27,817 bases of DNA from Desulfuromonadales bacterium (lineage in GTDB: Bacteria > Desulfobacterota > Desulfuromonadia > Desulfuromonadales > SZUA-540): NCBI GenBank assembly GCA_033549025.1, contig JAWSUS010000034.1, positions 1 to 27,817 of the forward strand, written 5' to 3'. Positions within the stretch are counted from its first letter, which is position 1; every line of letters starts with the position of its first letter. A model generated the notes under the pieces. That model saw only the letters and a list, made by a program, of their open reading frames with translations, did not search any database and was not told where the DNA came from. The translations under genes and the position numbers were made by a program. Below are positions 19,058 to 27,740 of the stretch, piece by piece.

Positions 19058-20410
19058 ATGAAAACAAAAACGCTATTTACCTGTCAGCAGTGCGGTTATC
19101 AGAGTCCGAAGTGGCTGGGGAAATGTCCCGATTGCCAGGCCTGGAATACGCTGGCCGAAGAGGTCGTGGAGGTGGCGGGCAAAGGCAAGTCCCTGGTGGT
19201 GACCGATAACCGGCCCGTCCGTTTCGCCGAAGTGTCGGGTACCGAAGAGGATCGCCTGCGATGCGGCATCGCCGAACTCGACCGGGTGCTCGGCGGCGGC
19301 GTGGTGCCGGGCTCTTTTACCCTGATCGGTGGCGACCCCGGCATCGGCAAATCGACCCTCTTGTTGCAGGCCGTTGACCGCCTGGCCCGCTGCGGCAAGG
19401 CTCTCTATGTAACGGCTGAGGAATCCACCCGTCAGGTCAAGATGCGGGGGGAGCGCCTCGGCGCTGCCGCCTCGTCCCTCTATCTGCTGGCCGAAACATC
19501 GCTGGAGTCCATCTTCGCCCAGGTCAAGGAGCTCAAGCCTGATTTTCTGGTGGTCGATTCCATTCAGACCATTTTCACCCAGGCCCTGGAGTCGGCCCCC
19601 GGCAGTGTCAGTCAGGTGCGCGAATGTGCCGGGCGCCTCATGCAGTTGGCCAAAGGGCAGGGGATCCCCACCTTTATCGTCGGCCACGTTACCAAGGACG
19701 GCTCCATTGCCGGTCCGCGCATGCTGGAACACATGGTCGACACCGTCCTCTACTTCGAAGGCGACCCCGGCCATCCCTACCGCATCATGCGGGCGGTGAA
19801 AAACCGCTTTGGCTCCACCAACGAAATCGGTGTTTTCGAGATGAAGGAAAGTGGTTTGGCCGAGGTGACCAACCCTTCCGAGCTCTTTCTAGCCGAGCGT
19901 CCCCTGGATGCGCCCGGCAGCGTGGTGGTGCCTTCGCTGGAAGGAAGCCGTCCCATCCTCGTCGAGCTGCAGGCCCTGGTTTCCGGCTCTTCCTTCGGTA
20001 CGCCCAGGCGCACAGCCATGGGAATTGACCATAACCGGGTGTCTCTTTTGGTCGCTGTTCTGGAAAAAAAGGTGGGATTGTCTCTTCTTTCACAGGATAT
20101 TTTTCTTAATGTCGCCGGCGGTGTGCGCCTCGATGAACCTGCCGTCGACCTCGGCGTGATGGCGGCTCTGGCTTCGAGCCATCTCAATCGGGCCGTACAG
20201 GCCCGGACCATTCTGTTCGGTGAGGTCGGCCTGGCCGGCGAGGTGCGAGCCGTTTCCCGACCCGAACTGCGGGTCAAAGAGGCTGCCCGCCTTGGCTTCA
20301 ATCGCTGCATTCTGCCCCAGGGCAACCTGAAAAACCTCGAATCACCCGTGGGGATGGAGTTGGTCGGAGTCCGGTCAGCAGAAGAAGCCCTGGAGGGGAT
20401 CTTTGACTAG
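19058..20410 (+). CDS. radA: DNA repair protein RadA/Sms
   Basis: C4 zinc finger (CQQC...CPDC), GDPGIGKST, KNRFG motif. Confidence 0.97.
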   Translation: MKTKTLFTCQQCGYQSPKWLGKCPDCQAWNTLAEEVVEVAGKGKSLVVTDNRPVRFAEVSGTEEDRLRCGIAELDRVLGGGVVPGSFTLIGGDPGIGKSTLLLQAVDRLARCGKALYVTAEESTRQVKMRGERLGAAASSLYLLAETSLESIFAQVKELKPDFLVVDSIQTIFTQALESAPGSVSQVRECAGRLMQLAKGQGIPTFIVGHVTKDGSIAGPRMLEHMVDTVLYFEGDPGHPYRIMRAVKNRFGSTNEIGVFEMKESGLAEVTNPSELFLAERPLDAPGSVVVPSLEGSRPILVELQALVSGSSFGTPRRTAMGIDHNRVSLLVAVLEKKVGLSLLSQDIFLNVAGGVRLDEPAVDLGVMAALASSHLNRAVQARTILFGEVGLAGEVRAVSRPELRVKEAARLGFNRCILPQGNLKNLESPVGMELVGVRSAEEALEGIFD

Positions 20411-20464
20411 ATGGCCCGAGTCTTGCTTGTTGTCTGAGCGGCGAGCCAGAAGAGGCCGGCAGGA

Positions 20465-20492
20465 TTGCAACGCTTTCCTGTTGGGCTATAAT
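20465..20492 (+). promoter_or_regulatory. Putative sigma70 promoter
   Basis: TTGCAA-N16-TATAAT. Confidence 0.6.
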
Positions 20493-20529
20493 GACCATCG
20501 CCTTACTTTCTAGCCAGGGAAGGAATCCC

Positions 20530-21054
20530 GTGACTGCCCAACAGATCTTTGTCATACGACGTACATTTCTCATCCCACTAGGAATACTGCTGGCCCTTTC
20601 GGTGCTGCTCTTCGCCGTAATCCTGATCAAGGGGGAGCCACTGGCCAAGGTGGTGATACTCGGCGTTATCATTCTTCCCGTGGCCGGATTTTTCGCCGAA
20701 AGCGCCGTGCGCCGCTTCCGGGTTTCGGCGGAAGAGGTTCGGGTGGACAAGCTCTTCCGGCAGAAACGTCTCTCGATTGAACAGATTACGGCCGTGGATA
20801 CGGTTTTGGTCAAAAAAAGGGCTTTTCTGACCATCAGCACGGAGGAAGATTTTATCATTCTTTCCAACGCCTACGCGAATTTCCCGGTTCTGGTACACAC
20901 GCTGTTGCAACGGGTTCCCCCAGCGGCCATCAGTGAAGAGACCCGGCAGATGGCGGTTTCGCCCCCGTCCAAAAGCACCGATATTATTTCTTGCTGGCTG
21001 GCCGTCATCCTGCTGGCATTTATTCTCTATATTCAACTCATGGCGGGGCGATGA
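20530..21054 (+). CDS. Hypothetical membrane protein (two N-terminal TM helices, soluble domain, C-terminal TM helix)
   Basis: GTG 20530 after GGGAAGGA. The ORF-track ATG at 20491 overlaps the -10 box. Confidence 0.75.
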   Translation: MTAQQIFVIRRTFLIPLGILLALSVLLFAVILIKGEPLAKVVILGVIILPVAGFFAESAVRRFRVSAEEVRVDKLFRQKRLSIEQITAVDTVLVKKRAFLTISTEEDFIILSNAYANFPVLVHTLLQRVPPAAISEETRQMAVSPPSKSTDIISCWLAVILLAFILYIQLMAGR

Positions 21055-21076
21055 GGCCGGGCCGGGGCGATCTGTA

Positions 21077-21105
21077 TTGACTTTAACGCTGTTTTAAATT
21101 AGATT
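21077..21105 (+). promoter_or_regulatory. Putative sigma70 promoter of dksA
   Basis: TTGACT-N17-TAGATT. Confidence 0.65.
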
Positions 21106-21138
21106 TGCGCAATTACACAGAGTAAAGGGAGTTACCGA

Positions 21139-21495
21139 ATGGAGCAGGAAAAACTCAAAGAATTCCGTCAGATTCTGCAAAATCAGCTCGACGATCTGTT
21201 GCGGGAGGCTGGCAAGACCGTCTCTGAGATGACCGACGAAAAGACCAATTTTCCCGATCCTACCGACCGTGCGTCCCTCGAATCCGACCGCAACTTCGAA
21301 TTGCGCATCCGTGACCGGGAACGCAAGCTGATCCTGAAAATCCGCGAGGCGATTGAGCGCATCGAAGACGGCACTTTCGGCGTCTGTGAAAACTGTGAAG
21401 AAGAAATCGGGGAAGCCCGCCTTCGCGCCCGCCCGGTCACCACGTTGTGCATCGATTGCAAGACGGAGCAGGAACGCCAGGAAAAAATAGGCTGA
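21139..21495 (+). CDS. dksA: RNA polymerase-binding transcription factor DksA
   Basis: Coiled-coil tip DPTDRA (DxxDxA) and C4 zinc finger CENC...CIDC. Confidence 0.95.
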   Translation: MEQEKLKEFRQILQNQLDDLLREAGKTVSEMTDEKTNFPDPTDRASLESDRNFELRIRDRERKLILKIREAIERIEDGTFGVCENCEEEIGEARLRARPVTTLCIDCKTEQERQEKIG

Positions 21496-21537
21496 TCCTG
21501 AAGGAGCAAGGATCACCTTTCTTCGGAAGTGGTGCCG

Positions 21538-23382
21538 ATGATGCGTGACTCCTTTGATGTGCTACGCCATGTGGTCCGCCTTGCTAATTGCGGGGCGGCC
21601 AATCACCTCACCTGTTTTCATGGTATTCTCGACTACCTCGTTCACTCCCTGGGGCTGGTCGAGGCGTCCCTCTATTTTCTGGATGACGAGGGCGACGGTT
21701 TCTCCCGGGTTCTGCACGCGACCGGCCCACCCCTTTTCCGCGATTGTCACATTCCCCTCGGAGAGTCTCTCCAGGGGGAAGTCCTGCTTTCCCGCCAGCC
21801 CAAAGCGGAGGGAACGCAGGTAGCTTTTGCCGTTGTCACCCGTTTTCGGGAACACGGCGTCCTCTCTCTGCATCTGGTCCCAGATAGCCGATTGTCCCCC
21901 GCCGACTTCTCCCTGCTGGAAGCCGTGTCTGAAGAACTTGCCTCCCTGGCCCAGCTTCAGCACGATGTGGAAACTGAAAAAGAGCGCACCTTTGTTCTTG
22001 GCCAACTGCAAGCCCTTTCTGCGGAGAATGATCGCAAATATCGCGAGATTTCCTTGCTCTACCGCATCTCCCGGGCGATGCACAGTACCTTGCGGCTCAA
22101 TGAGCTGGTGCATCTCATCCTGTCGGCGGCGACGGTCAAAGAGGGGGGTGGCTTCGAGCGCGCCATGCTCTTTACGGTCAATGAACGCAGCGGTGTCCTG
22201 CAGGGGATGCTCGGGGTGACGCGCAAGGCAGCCCGAATGGTTCTGCCTAAAGCCGACGGTCTGGACAGCTGGGTGAATCCCCGCATGGGGGTTGACGTGC
22301 AGGAGGCGCAGAGAAGGACGGTCTTTTGCCGACAGGTTCTGAAGCAGCGGCTGCCTCTGGACCCTGGAGACAACGCCCTGGCCCGGTCGGTGGCTGATGC
22401 TGAGGTCGTCCTGGTCCGGGGACCCGCCTCGGGGCAAGATTCCAACCAGACCTTTGCCGCGGCCCTGGGACTCAATGCCTATGCCTGCGCCCCCCTCCTC
22501 GGCAAAGATCGCGTCCTCGGCGTCCTCGTTGTCGATAATCCCAACAGTGATGACGATATCCAGCCAGGACGCCTGCGTTTTCTCGAACTCTTTGCCAATC
22601 AGGCCGCTGCTGCCATGGAAAACTCCATGCTGCTGCACCGACTGGAGAGCGCCCATCAGGATTTGAGGGAAACGCAGGAACGTTTGATTCAGGGGGAAAA
22701 ACTGGCCGTGCTCGGCGAGATGGCGGCTTCCGTGGCCCATGAACTGCGCAATCCCCTGGTTTCCATTGGTGGATTCGCTCAACGTCTGTGCCGGCACGCC
22801 CCCGAGGGCAGTCGGGATCGGGAATATGCCGGGATTATCGCCCGGGAAGTGCGGCGGATGGAGGAGATGCTTACCAATATCCTCGCCTTTTCCAAAAAGC
22901 AGATGCTCTGTTTTGTCGAATGCGACCTGGTCCGGATCCTCGAGGAAGTTATCGACCTGGAAAACAACGCCATCCTGGCGGCGGGCATTGACCTTAAAGT
23001 CGAGGTGACCGCCGACCTGGCCAAAGTCCAGGGAGACGCCCAGAAGCTCAGACAAGTGCTGCTCAATATGGTGGCCAACGCCCGGCAGGTGATGCCCCAG
23101 GGGGGCGTCCTGACTATTCGCGCCTATCCGACCAGCCTGCGAGGCGAAGCTGCGGTGGCCGTCGAGGTGGAGGATACCGGCGGCGGCATCTCCGATGAAG
23201 TCATGCGCAATATCTTCAATCCCTTTTTTACCACCAAGGGCGAAGGGACCGGGCTGGGCCTGTCCATATCCCACCGGATCGTCGAACTGCACCGGGGGGA
23301 AATCGAAGTCATGAATCGCCAAAAAGGCGCCCTCTTTATTCTGCGCATCCCCTGCCGCGAGCGCCGTGAGACGCGGCGCTGA
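21538..23382 (+). CDS. Cytoplasmic GAF-domain sensor histidine kinase
   Basis: H-box AHELRNPL, N-box NMVANA, DTGGG, PFFTTK, GTGLGL; GAF-like segments; no TM helices evident. Start uncertain (21529/21538/21541). Confidence 0.9.
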   Translation: MMRDSFDVLRHVVRLANCGAANHLTCFHGILDYLVHSLGLVEASLYFLDDEGDGFSRVLHATGPPLFRDCHIPLGESLQGEVLLSRQPKAEGTQVAFAVVTRFREHGVLSLHLVPDSRLSPADFSLLEAVSEELASLAQLQHDVETEKERTFVLGQLQALSAENDRKYREISLLYRISRAMHSTLRLNELVHLILSAATVKEGGGFERAMLFTVNERSGVLQGMLGVTRKAARMVLPKADGLDSWVNPRMGVDVQEAQRRTVFCRQVLKQRLPLDPGDNALARSVADAEVVLVRGPASGQDSNQTFAAALGLNAYACAPLLGKDRVLGVLVVDNPNSDDDIQPGRLRFLELFANQAAAAMENSMLLHRLESAHQDLRETQERLIQGEKLAVLGEMAASVAHELRNPLVSIGGFAQRLCRHAPEGSRDREYAGIIAREVRRMEEMLTNILAFSKKQMLCFVECDLVRILEEVIDLENNAILAAGIDLKVEVTADLAKVQGDAQKLRQVLLNMVANARQVMPQGGVLTIRAYPTSLRGEAAVAVEVEDTGGGISDEVMRNIFNPFFTTKGEGTGLGLSISHRIVELHRGEIEVMNRQKGALFILRIPCRERRETRR

Positions 23383-23416
23383 TCCGTCAGGGGGCGGCAG
23401 GGATCATTCACATCAT

Positions 23417-23492
23417 GGGGCTGTAGCTCAGCTGGGAGAGCGACGCGTTCGCAATGCGTAGGTCGTGAGTTCGATCCTCATCAGCTCCACCA
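23417..23492 (+). tRNA. tRNA-Ala (anticodon CGC)
   Basis: 76-nt cloverleaf: acceptor GGGGCTG/CAGCTCC with G3:U70, anticodon arm ACGCG-TTCGCAA-TGCGT, TTCGA loop, encoded CCA. Confidence 0.97.
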
Positions 23493-23497
23493 TTTTA

Positions 23498-23537
23498 GCC
23501 CTTGGGGCCAGGCGACCTGCCTGTTCCCAAGGGTTTT
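23498..23537 (+). terminator. Hairpin/terminator after the tRNA
   Basis: CCCTTGGG..CAGGC-loop-GCCTG..CCCAAGGG followed by TTTT. Confidence 0.7.
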
Positions 23538-23716
23538 GCCGTTTATCTCAAAGAAAGGATAGTCTTTCTGTCAGAGACCCGATCTTTCAGGTTGGCTTCT
23601 GTTTGAGTATTCTCTCATGGAATAGTGAGAAATGCGCTTGACGGTCCAAGGCGAAAGTGATAACAAGAACGGCAGTTTTTAACGAGCGCCTGTTGGCGGC
23701 GCGACGACAGGTTGGG

Positions 23717-23754
23717 GTCTCACGGGGAATGACCTATCCCGCTGAGGCTTTTTT
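23717..23754 (+). terminator. Terminator-like hairpin in the leader of mrp
   Basis: GTCTCA-CGGGG...TCCCG-C-TGAGGC followed by T6, ending 50 nt before the mrp ATG. Confidence 0.6.
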
Positions 23755-23804
23755 ATGCACAAACGGCAAAAAACAGTATGCAAGAAAAGGGAGGATCAAC
23801 AACG

Positions 23805-24707
23805 ATGAAACAATCAGATAGTGCCTGCAGCAGTTGTGCGGATAAATCGGGGTGCTCCGAAAAGGGCTGCCCGTCGACGGGCTCCCGCCCCGGTGAATCG
23901 GCCGAACAGTATGAGCGTCGGATGCTCATGCAGCAGCGCCTTGGTCATATCCGCAACAAGATTCTGGTCATGTCCGGCAAGGGTGGCGTCGGCAAGAGTT
24001 CCACGGCGGTCAACCTGGCCATGGCCCTTGCCCAGCAAGGGCACGCGGTCGGCTTGGTCGATGTGGATATCCATGGGCCCAGCGTCCCCAAGATGCTGGG
24101 GCTCGAAGGGGTGCGGCCGAAGATCACCGAGGCCGAGGATGCCATGCTTCCCGTCAACTACGAGGGGCTCAAGGTCATGTCCATCGGCTTCATGCTGGAG
24201 AAAGACACGGACGCAGTCATCTGGCGCGGCGCCATGAAAGCCGGTGTCATCCAGCAGTTTCTCGCCGATGTCGAGTGGGGCTATCTGGACTATCTGGTGG
24301 TCGACTGCCCGCCGGGAACCGGAGATGAACCCCTGTCCGTCGCCCAGTTTCTTGGCGCCGACGCGCAGGCCGTCATCGTCACCACCCCCCAGGAAGTGGC
24401 TCTTAATGATGTACGCAAATCCATCACGTTCTGCCATCAGTTGAAGATGAATCTGCTGGGCGTGGTGGAAAACATGAGTGGTTTCGTCTGCCCCCACTGC
24501 AATGAGGTGATCGACCTCTTTAAAAAAGGGGGCGGCCGGCAGATGGCCGAGGCCATGGGGGCACCCTTTCTGGGCGCGGTTCCTGTCGACCCGGATATGG
24601 TCAACGCCGGCGACAGCGGCAAGCCGGTGGTGCTGGCTCATCCCGAGTCGGAAGTCAGCAAGGCGCTGCAGCAGATCGCCCAGGAACTGGTGGACAAGAC
24701 GGCCTGA
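23805..24707 (+). CDS. mrp: Mrp/ApbC/Nbp35-family Fe-S cluster carrier ATPase
   Basis: GKGGVGKS, DVDIHGPS, VDCPPGTGDE, ENMSGFVCPHC; ATG 23805 after GGGAGG. Confidence 0.94.
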   Translation: MKQSDSACSSCADKSGCSEKGCPSTGSRPGESAEQYERRMLMQQRLGHIRNKILVMSGKGGVGKSSTAVNLAMALAQQGHAVGLVDVDIHGPSVPKMLGLEGVRPKITEAEDAMLPVNYEGLKVMSIGFMLEKDTDAVIWRGAMKAGVIQQFLADVEWGYLDYLVVDCPPGTGDEPLSVAQFLGADAQAVIVTTPQEVALNDVRKSITFCHQLKMNLLGVVENMSGFVCPHCNEVIDLFKKGGGRQMAEAMGAPFLGAVPVDPDMVNAGDSGKPVVLAHPESEVSKALQQIAQELVDKTA

Positions 24708-24745
24708 GGCCTTTTTCGTCCCGCGGTGACAGAACCCAAAAAATC

Positions 24746-24781
24746 AGCCCCCGGTCCTCATTGGCCCGGGGGCTTTCTTTT
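24746..24781. terminator. Probably bidirectional terminator
   Basis: AGCCCCCGG-N11-CCGGGGGCT flanked by an A-run and a T-rich run, between convergent genes. Confidence 0.8.
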
Positions 24782-24795
24782 GAAGGGCGGTCGCG

Positions 24796-24978
24796 TCAGT
24801 GGGGTTGTCGGCAGAAGGACTCCAGGTCGGCGCGGAAAGACTGCAGGCAATCCGGGGTCAGGATGGTTTCCATGCCGCAGGAAGGGCAAAGTCGTCGCGT
24901 GCCGGGAGCATAGTCGATGAGGTTCTGGGCAAACCTCTTGCAGCATTGGGGGCATTCGAAGGCAATTTCCAGCTTCAT
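24796..24978 (-). CDS. Small zinc-ribbon protein (60 aa)
   Basis: CPQC...CPSCG knuckle pair; GAGGAG RBS. Confidence 0.8.
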   Translation of the reverse strand: MKLEIAFECPQCCKRFAQNLIDYAPGTRRLCPSCGMETILTPDCLQSFRADLESFCRQPH

Positions 24979-25160
24979 GGGGTGTTCTCCTCAACGTTTT
25001 TCGCCTGAAGTGACATTTTGCCATTCTTCCCCGGTTTGGCAAGTCATGAATGAAAATCATCAGCAATTAGAAAAAATGCCTCAGCCCCCTGGTGAAAGGA
25101 TCTTCTTCCGTTAGGATTAAACAAAGTCCTTACCGTTTCTTCTCGCGCCGGGAGTTGACG

Positions 25161-25847
25161 ATGTCCGATGTTTTTGATCTTAACGCATACGAACAGGCCA
25201 TAGAGTGGCGAGCCCGCGATCTTTTAGACGGCGCGACGGATGTGGATGATTGCCGGCACGGCGTAAGTCAGATCTATGCGCTGGCGGAAGAGACCCTGGC
25301 CAGACACAGGGACCCTGTGGAACAGCAGCATATCGCCTGCGCCGCCGGTTGCGGAACCTGCTGTGCCGTCAATGTCGCCGTCCTGCTGCCGGAGGCCGCC
25401 GCGATCGTGGCCTATTTGCAGCAGACGATGCCAGCGGAGGAAGCCGCCGCAATCGCCGCCCGCCTCGATGACCTCTACCCGCGCATTCTCTGGCTCGATG
25501 ATGATGACCGTGTCTTGCTGCGGCAATCCTGTGCCTTTCTGAACGAGCAGGGGGCCTGCGCCATTTATCCGGTGCGGCCGCTGATTTGCCGTTCCATCAC
25601 CTCGACCAATGCGGACGATTGCCGGGAGGCCCTTGCTTTCAAGGCCCTGGGCGAAGAGAGAACCGTTCTGATCAACCTTTTCCAGAAGACCCTCATGGAT
25701 GCCACCTTCCGCGGTCTGGGGGCCGCCCTCGCTGGTTTGAATCTGGACAGCCGCAGCGTGAAATTGACCGTGGCTGTCAGGACTCTTCTCCACGAACCCG
25801 GTCGTCTGGCCGCTTTTATGCAGGGGGAGCCGGTGCCCTGCGGTTGA
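25161..25847 (+). CDS. YkgJ/CxxCxxCC-family putative Fe-S or zinc protein
   Basis: CAAGCGTCC, CAFL, CAIYPVRPLICR; ATG 25161 after GGGAG. Confidence 0.88.
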   Translation: MSDVFDLNAYEQAIEWRARDLLDGATDVDDCRHGVSQIYALAEETLARHRDPVEQQHIACAAGCGTCCAVNVAVLLPEAAAIVAYLQQTMPAEEAAAIAARLDDLYPRILWLDDDDRVLLRQSCAFLNEQGACAIYPVRPLICRSITSTNADDCREALAFKALGEERTVLINLFQKTLMDATFRGLGAALAGLNLDSRSVKLTVAVRTLLHEPGRLAAFMQGEPVPCG

Positions 25848-25876
25848 TTGGCCTACGGGGTGGTGGAGGGTTCGTC

Positions 25877-26227
25877 CTAAAAGGTGATGATTTGGTATCC
25901 CTTGGAGACGTATGAGGCCAGGCTGGGGTGACCGGCCATGTCCGAGCGGACCGGCATTTTTTGCGCCTCGGCAATGGACAGGGTATTCATCTTGGCCGCG
26001 CAGGCCTTGCATACGCAGTCGATAAGGCCTTCCTGGATGGTCTTCGCATAGAGCGCCGCGAGGGGATGATCGGGGCTGGCCAATTCCCGGATCAGGCGTG
26101 TGGCGCTTCCTTCGATGACCACCTTGACCTCAAAGCCTTTCTGATGAAAATCGAGGGCATTCAAGAGTACGTGCACGAAGCAGGTCGAATCGCCGTTAAA
26201 GGCGATCAGGGCGACTTTCTCATTCAT
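25877..26227 (-). CDS. DsrE-like small protein
   Basis: DsrE/F-like pattern (HVLLNA, VVIEGSA, CVCKACA, GYQIITF); AGGAGG RBS. Confidence 0.78.
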   Translation of the reverse strand: MNEKVALIAFNGDSTCFVHVLLNALDFHQKGFEVKVVIEGSATRLIRELASPDHPLAALYAKTIQEGLIDCVCKACAAKMNTLSIAEAQKMPVRSDMAGHPSLASYVSKGYQIITF

Positions 26228-26260
26228 TCAGACCTCCTGTTATGGTCCTGTGTCCGGTTT

Positions 26261-27208
26261 TTACAAATCCACCCACAGGCCGAATATCCCTAGGGTTTGC
26301 GTTCTGTCGAAAAACTCACTTAGCGTGGGGCGCCCCCGGTAAAAAGTGGCGCCCAGCCGCCAGGCCCGGGTCGGTGAGCGGCTGATGAGTCCTGCCTGCA
26401 GGGCCGTGTCCACCTTCCAACTCCTTTCCTCCATGGCAGAAAGGTCAGCGGCAAGATACCAGCCAGCCCGCCCGGCCCCTAGGGGGCGGGTCTTTTCCCA
26501 TTCTACTCCCGTCTGCAGCCGTCCCGGTTTTTCCTGATGACTATCCCCACGAGCATAACTGTAGCCGCCTTCGAAATAGATCCGGATCCTTTCTCCTAAC
26601 CGTTGGTCGACGGCAAGCAGGATCTCTTCGCGAAGATAGCCGATGCGGGTGCGTCCGGTACGCTGCATATATTCGTCTCCCAGATGGCTGGACGTATGCA
26701 CCGTGCCGAACTTGAGGTTCGTCCCCGGTTTGACGGTCGTGGTGACCACCAGACCGTAATTGCCGTCCCAGCCGATATTGTCCAGGGAATGCTCGATGTC
26801 GAACTGGGCGTCAAGCCCTCCTTCAAAGCTGAGCTGCCAGGGCCGGTGAGGGTCTTCGGCCGGTACGAAACGTACCAAGCCAAAGCGACCGCCGGCTTGC
26901 AGGTTGAATCGCCGGGAGCCGGTGTCCGGAATGCCCGTCTCGGCCAGGGCCAGGTAGTGCATGCCTGTGCCGGCGCTGTGAAGATCGGCGAGATAGGAGG
27001 CATAGGGATCCCCTTCGGGCCCGAGGATAAGCTGGGCACCAGACTCGAGCCGGATCGCCGGCGCTCCCAGCGCGTGACTTTCCGCCGTCGCCCCGGCGGG
27101 CAGCGCCAGGAGCAGCGGCACGGTCAGCACCACTGGCAAAACCAGCGGTAAAAGTCTTCGTGCGGTGCGCCCGGCACGAAGCCAGGCCAAAGTCGGATGT
27201 CGAGTCAC
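26261..27208 (-). CDS. DUF1207-like exported, probably outer-membrane beta-barrel protein
   Basis: Signal peptide, HTSSHLGDEY motif recalled from DUF1207, alternating beta-strand pattern ending GLWVDL. GTG start uncertain. Confidence 0.7.
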   Translation of the reverse strand: MTRHPTLAWLRAGRTARRLLPLVLPVVLTVPLLLALPAGATAESHALGAPAIRLESGAQLILGPEGDPYASYLADLHSAGTGMHYLALAETGIPDTGSRRFNLQAGGRFGLVRFVPAEDPHRPWQLSFEGGLDAQFDIEHSLDNIGWDGNYGLVVTTTVKPGTNLKFGTVHTSSHLGDEYMQRTGRTRIGYLREEILLAVDQRLGERIRIYFEGGYSYARGDSHQEKPGRLQTGVEWEKTRPLGAGRAGWYLAADLSAMEERSWKVDTALQAGLISRSPTRAWRLGATFYRGRPTLSEFFDRTQTLGIFGLWVDL

Positions 27209-27351
27209 GGAAAAGTTATCCCTTCTCAGCGATTGCTTAAAGAAAGCCTAACAGATTTTTACCGCACAGAAAGGGACGGCCACGATCACTGGAGTCGGAT
27301 GGGCAGAATATATGGTGGGGATTGGAGTTAAACCGGTGCGAGAGGGTGCTG

Positions 27352-27666
27352 CTAGTGATCTATGTCGTTGGGATAAGGCTGTTCGCAATTGGGGCAGGTG
27401 GCCGGGGCTGCCTGATTTTTTCCATAGAGGAACTTGGTTCCGCAAGATGGGCAGCGAATCAGTTCGGGTTGGGGACGTTCATCCGTGCCCGGTTCACAGG
27501 CGCGGCCGGTACCGATAGATTCATGAACCGGGCTTTTGTCAGCCGGAAGGTTCTGTCGGCGGCGGCGATGGGCCATGACGACAAATATCCCAGCGCCCAG
27601 GACGACAAGGAGCAGGGCGATCATGGGAAACCAAAACGGGACCAGAGTCGAATTCAAGGGGGACAC
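27352..27666 (-). CDS. Membrane-anchored zinc-ribbon protein
   Basis: N-terminal TM helix followed by RRRR, then CPSCG...CPNC. Start uncertain. Confidence 0.65.
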   Translation of the reverse strand: MSPLNSTLVPFWFPMIALLLVVLGAGIFVVMAHRRRRQNLPADKSPVHESIGTGRACEPGTDERPQPELIRCPSCGTKFLYGKNQAAPATCPNCEQPYPNDIDH

Positions 27667-27703
27667 CTTTCTGAATATTTTTCACGCCTCTGCCCCCTAC
27701 TTT

Positions 27704-27719
27704 CTCAAGAGTCGTGCCA
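27704..27719 (-). promoter_or_regulatory. Putative sigma54 (-24/-12) promoter
   Basis: Minus strand TGGCACG-ACTC-TTGA versus consensus TGGCACG-N4-TTGC (one mismatch, at -12). Confidence 0.5.
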
Positions 27720-27740
27720 GCCTTTGTTTATTCATTAAAA

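Noticed and set aside
23417..27740. Possible genomic island integrated at tRNA-Ala
   Set aside because: No integrase next to the tRNA and no duplicated tRNA 3' end noticed; composition looks broadly host-like.
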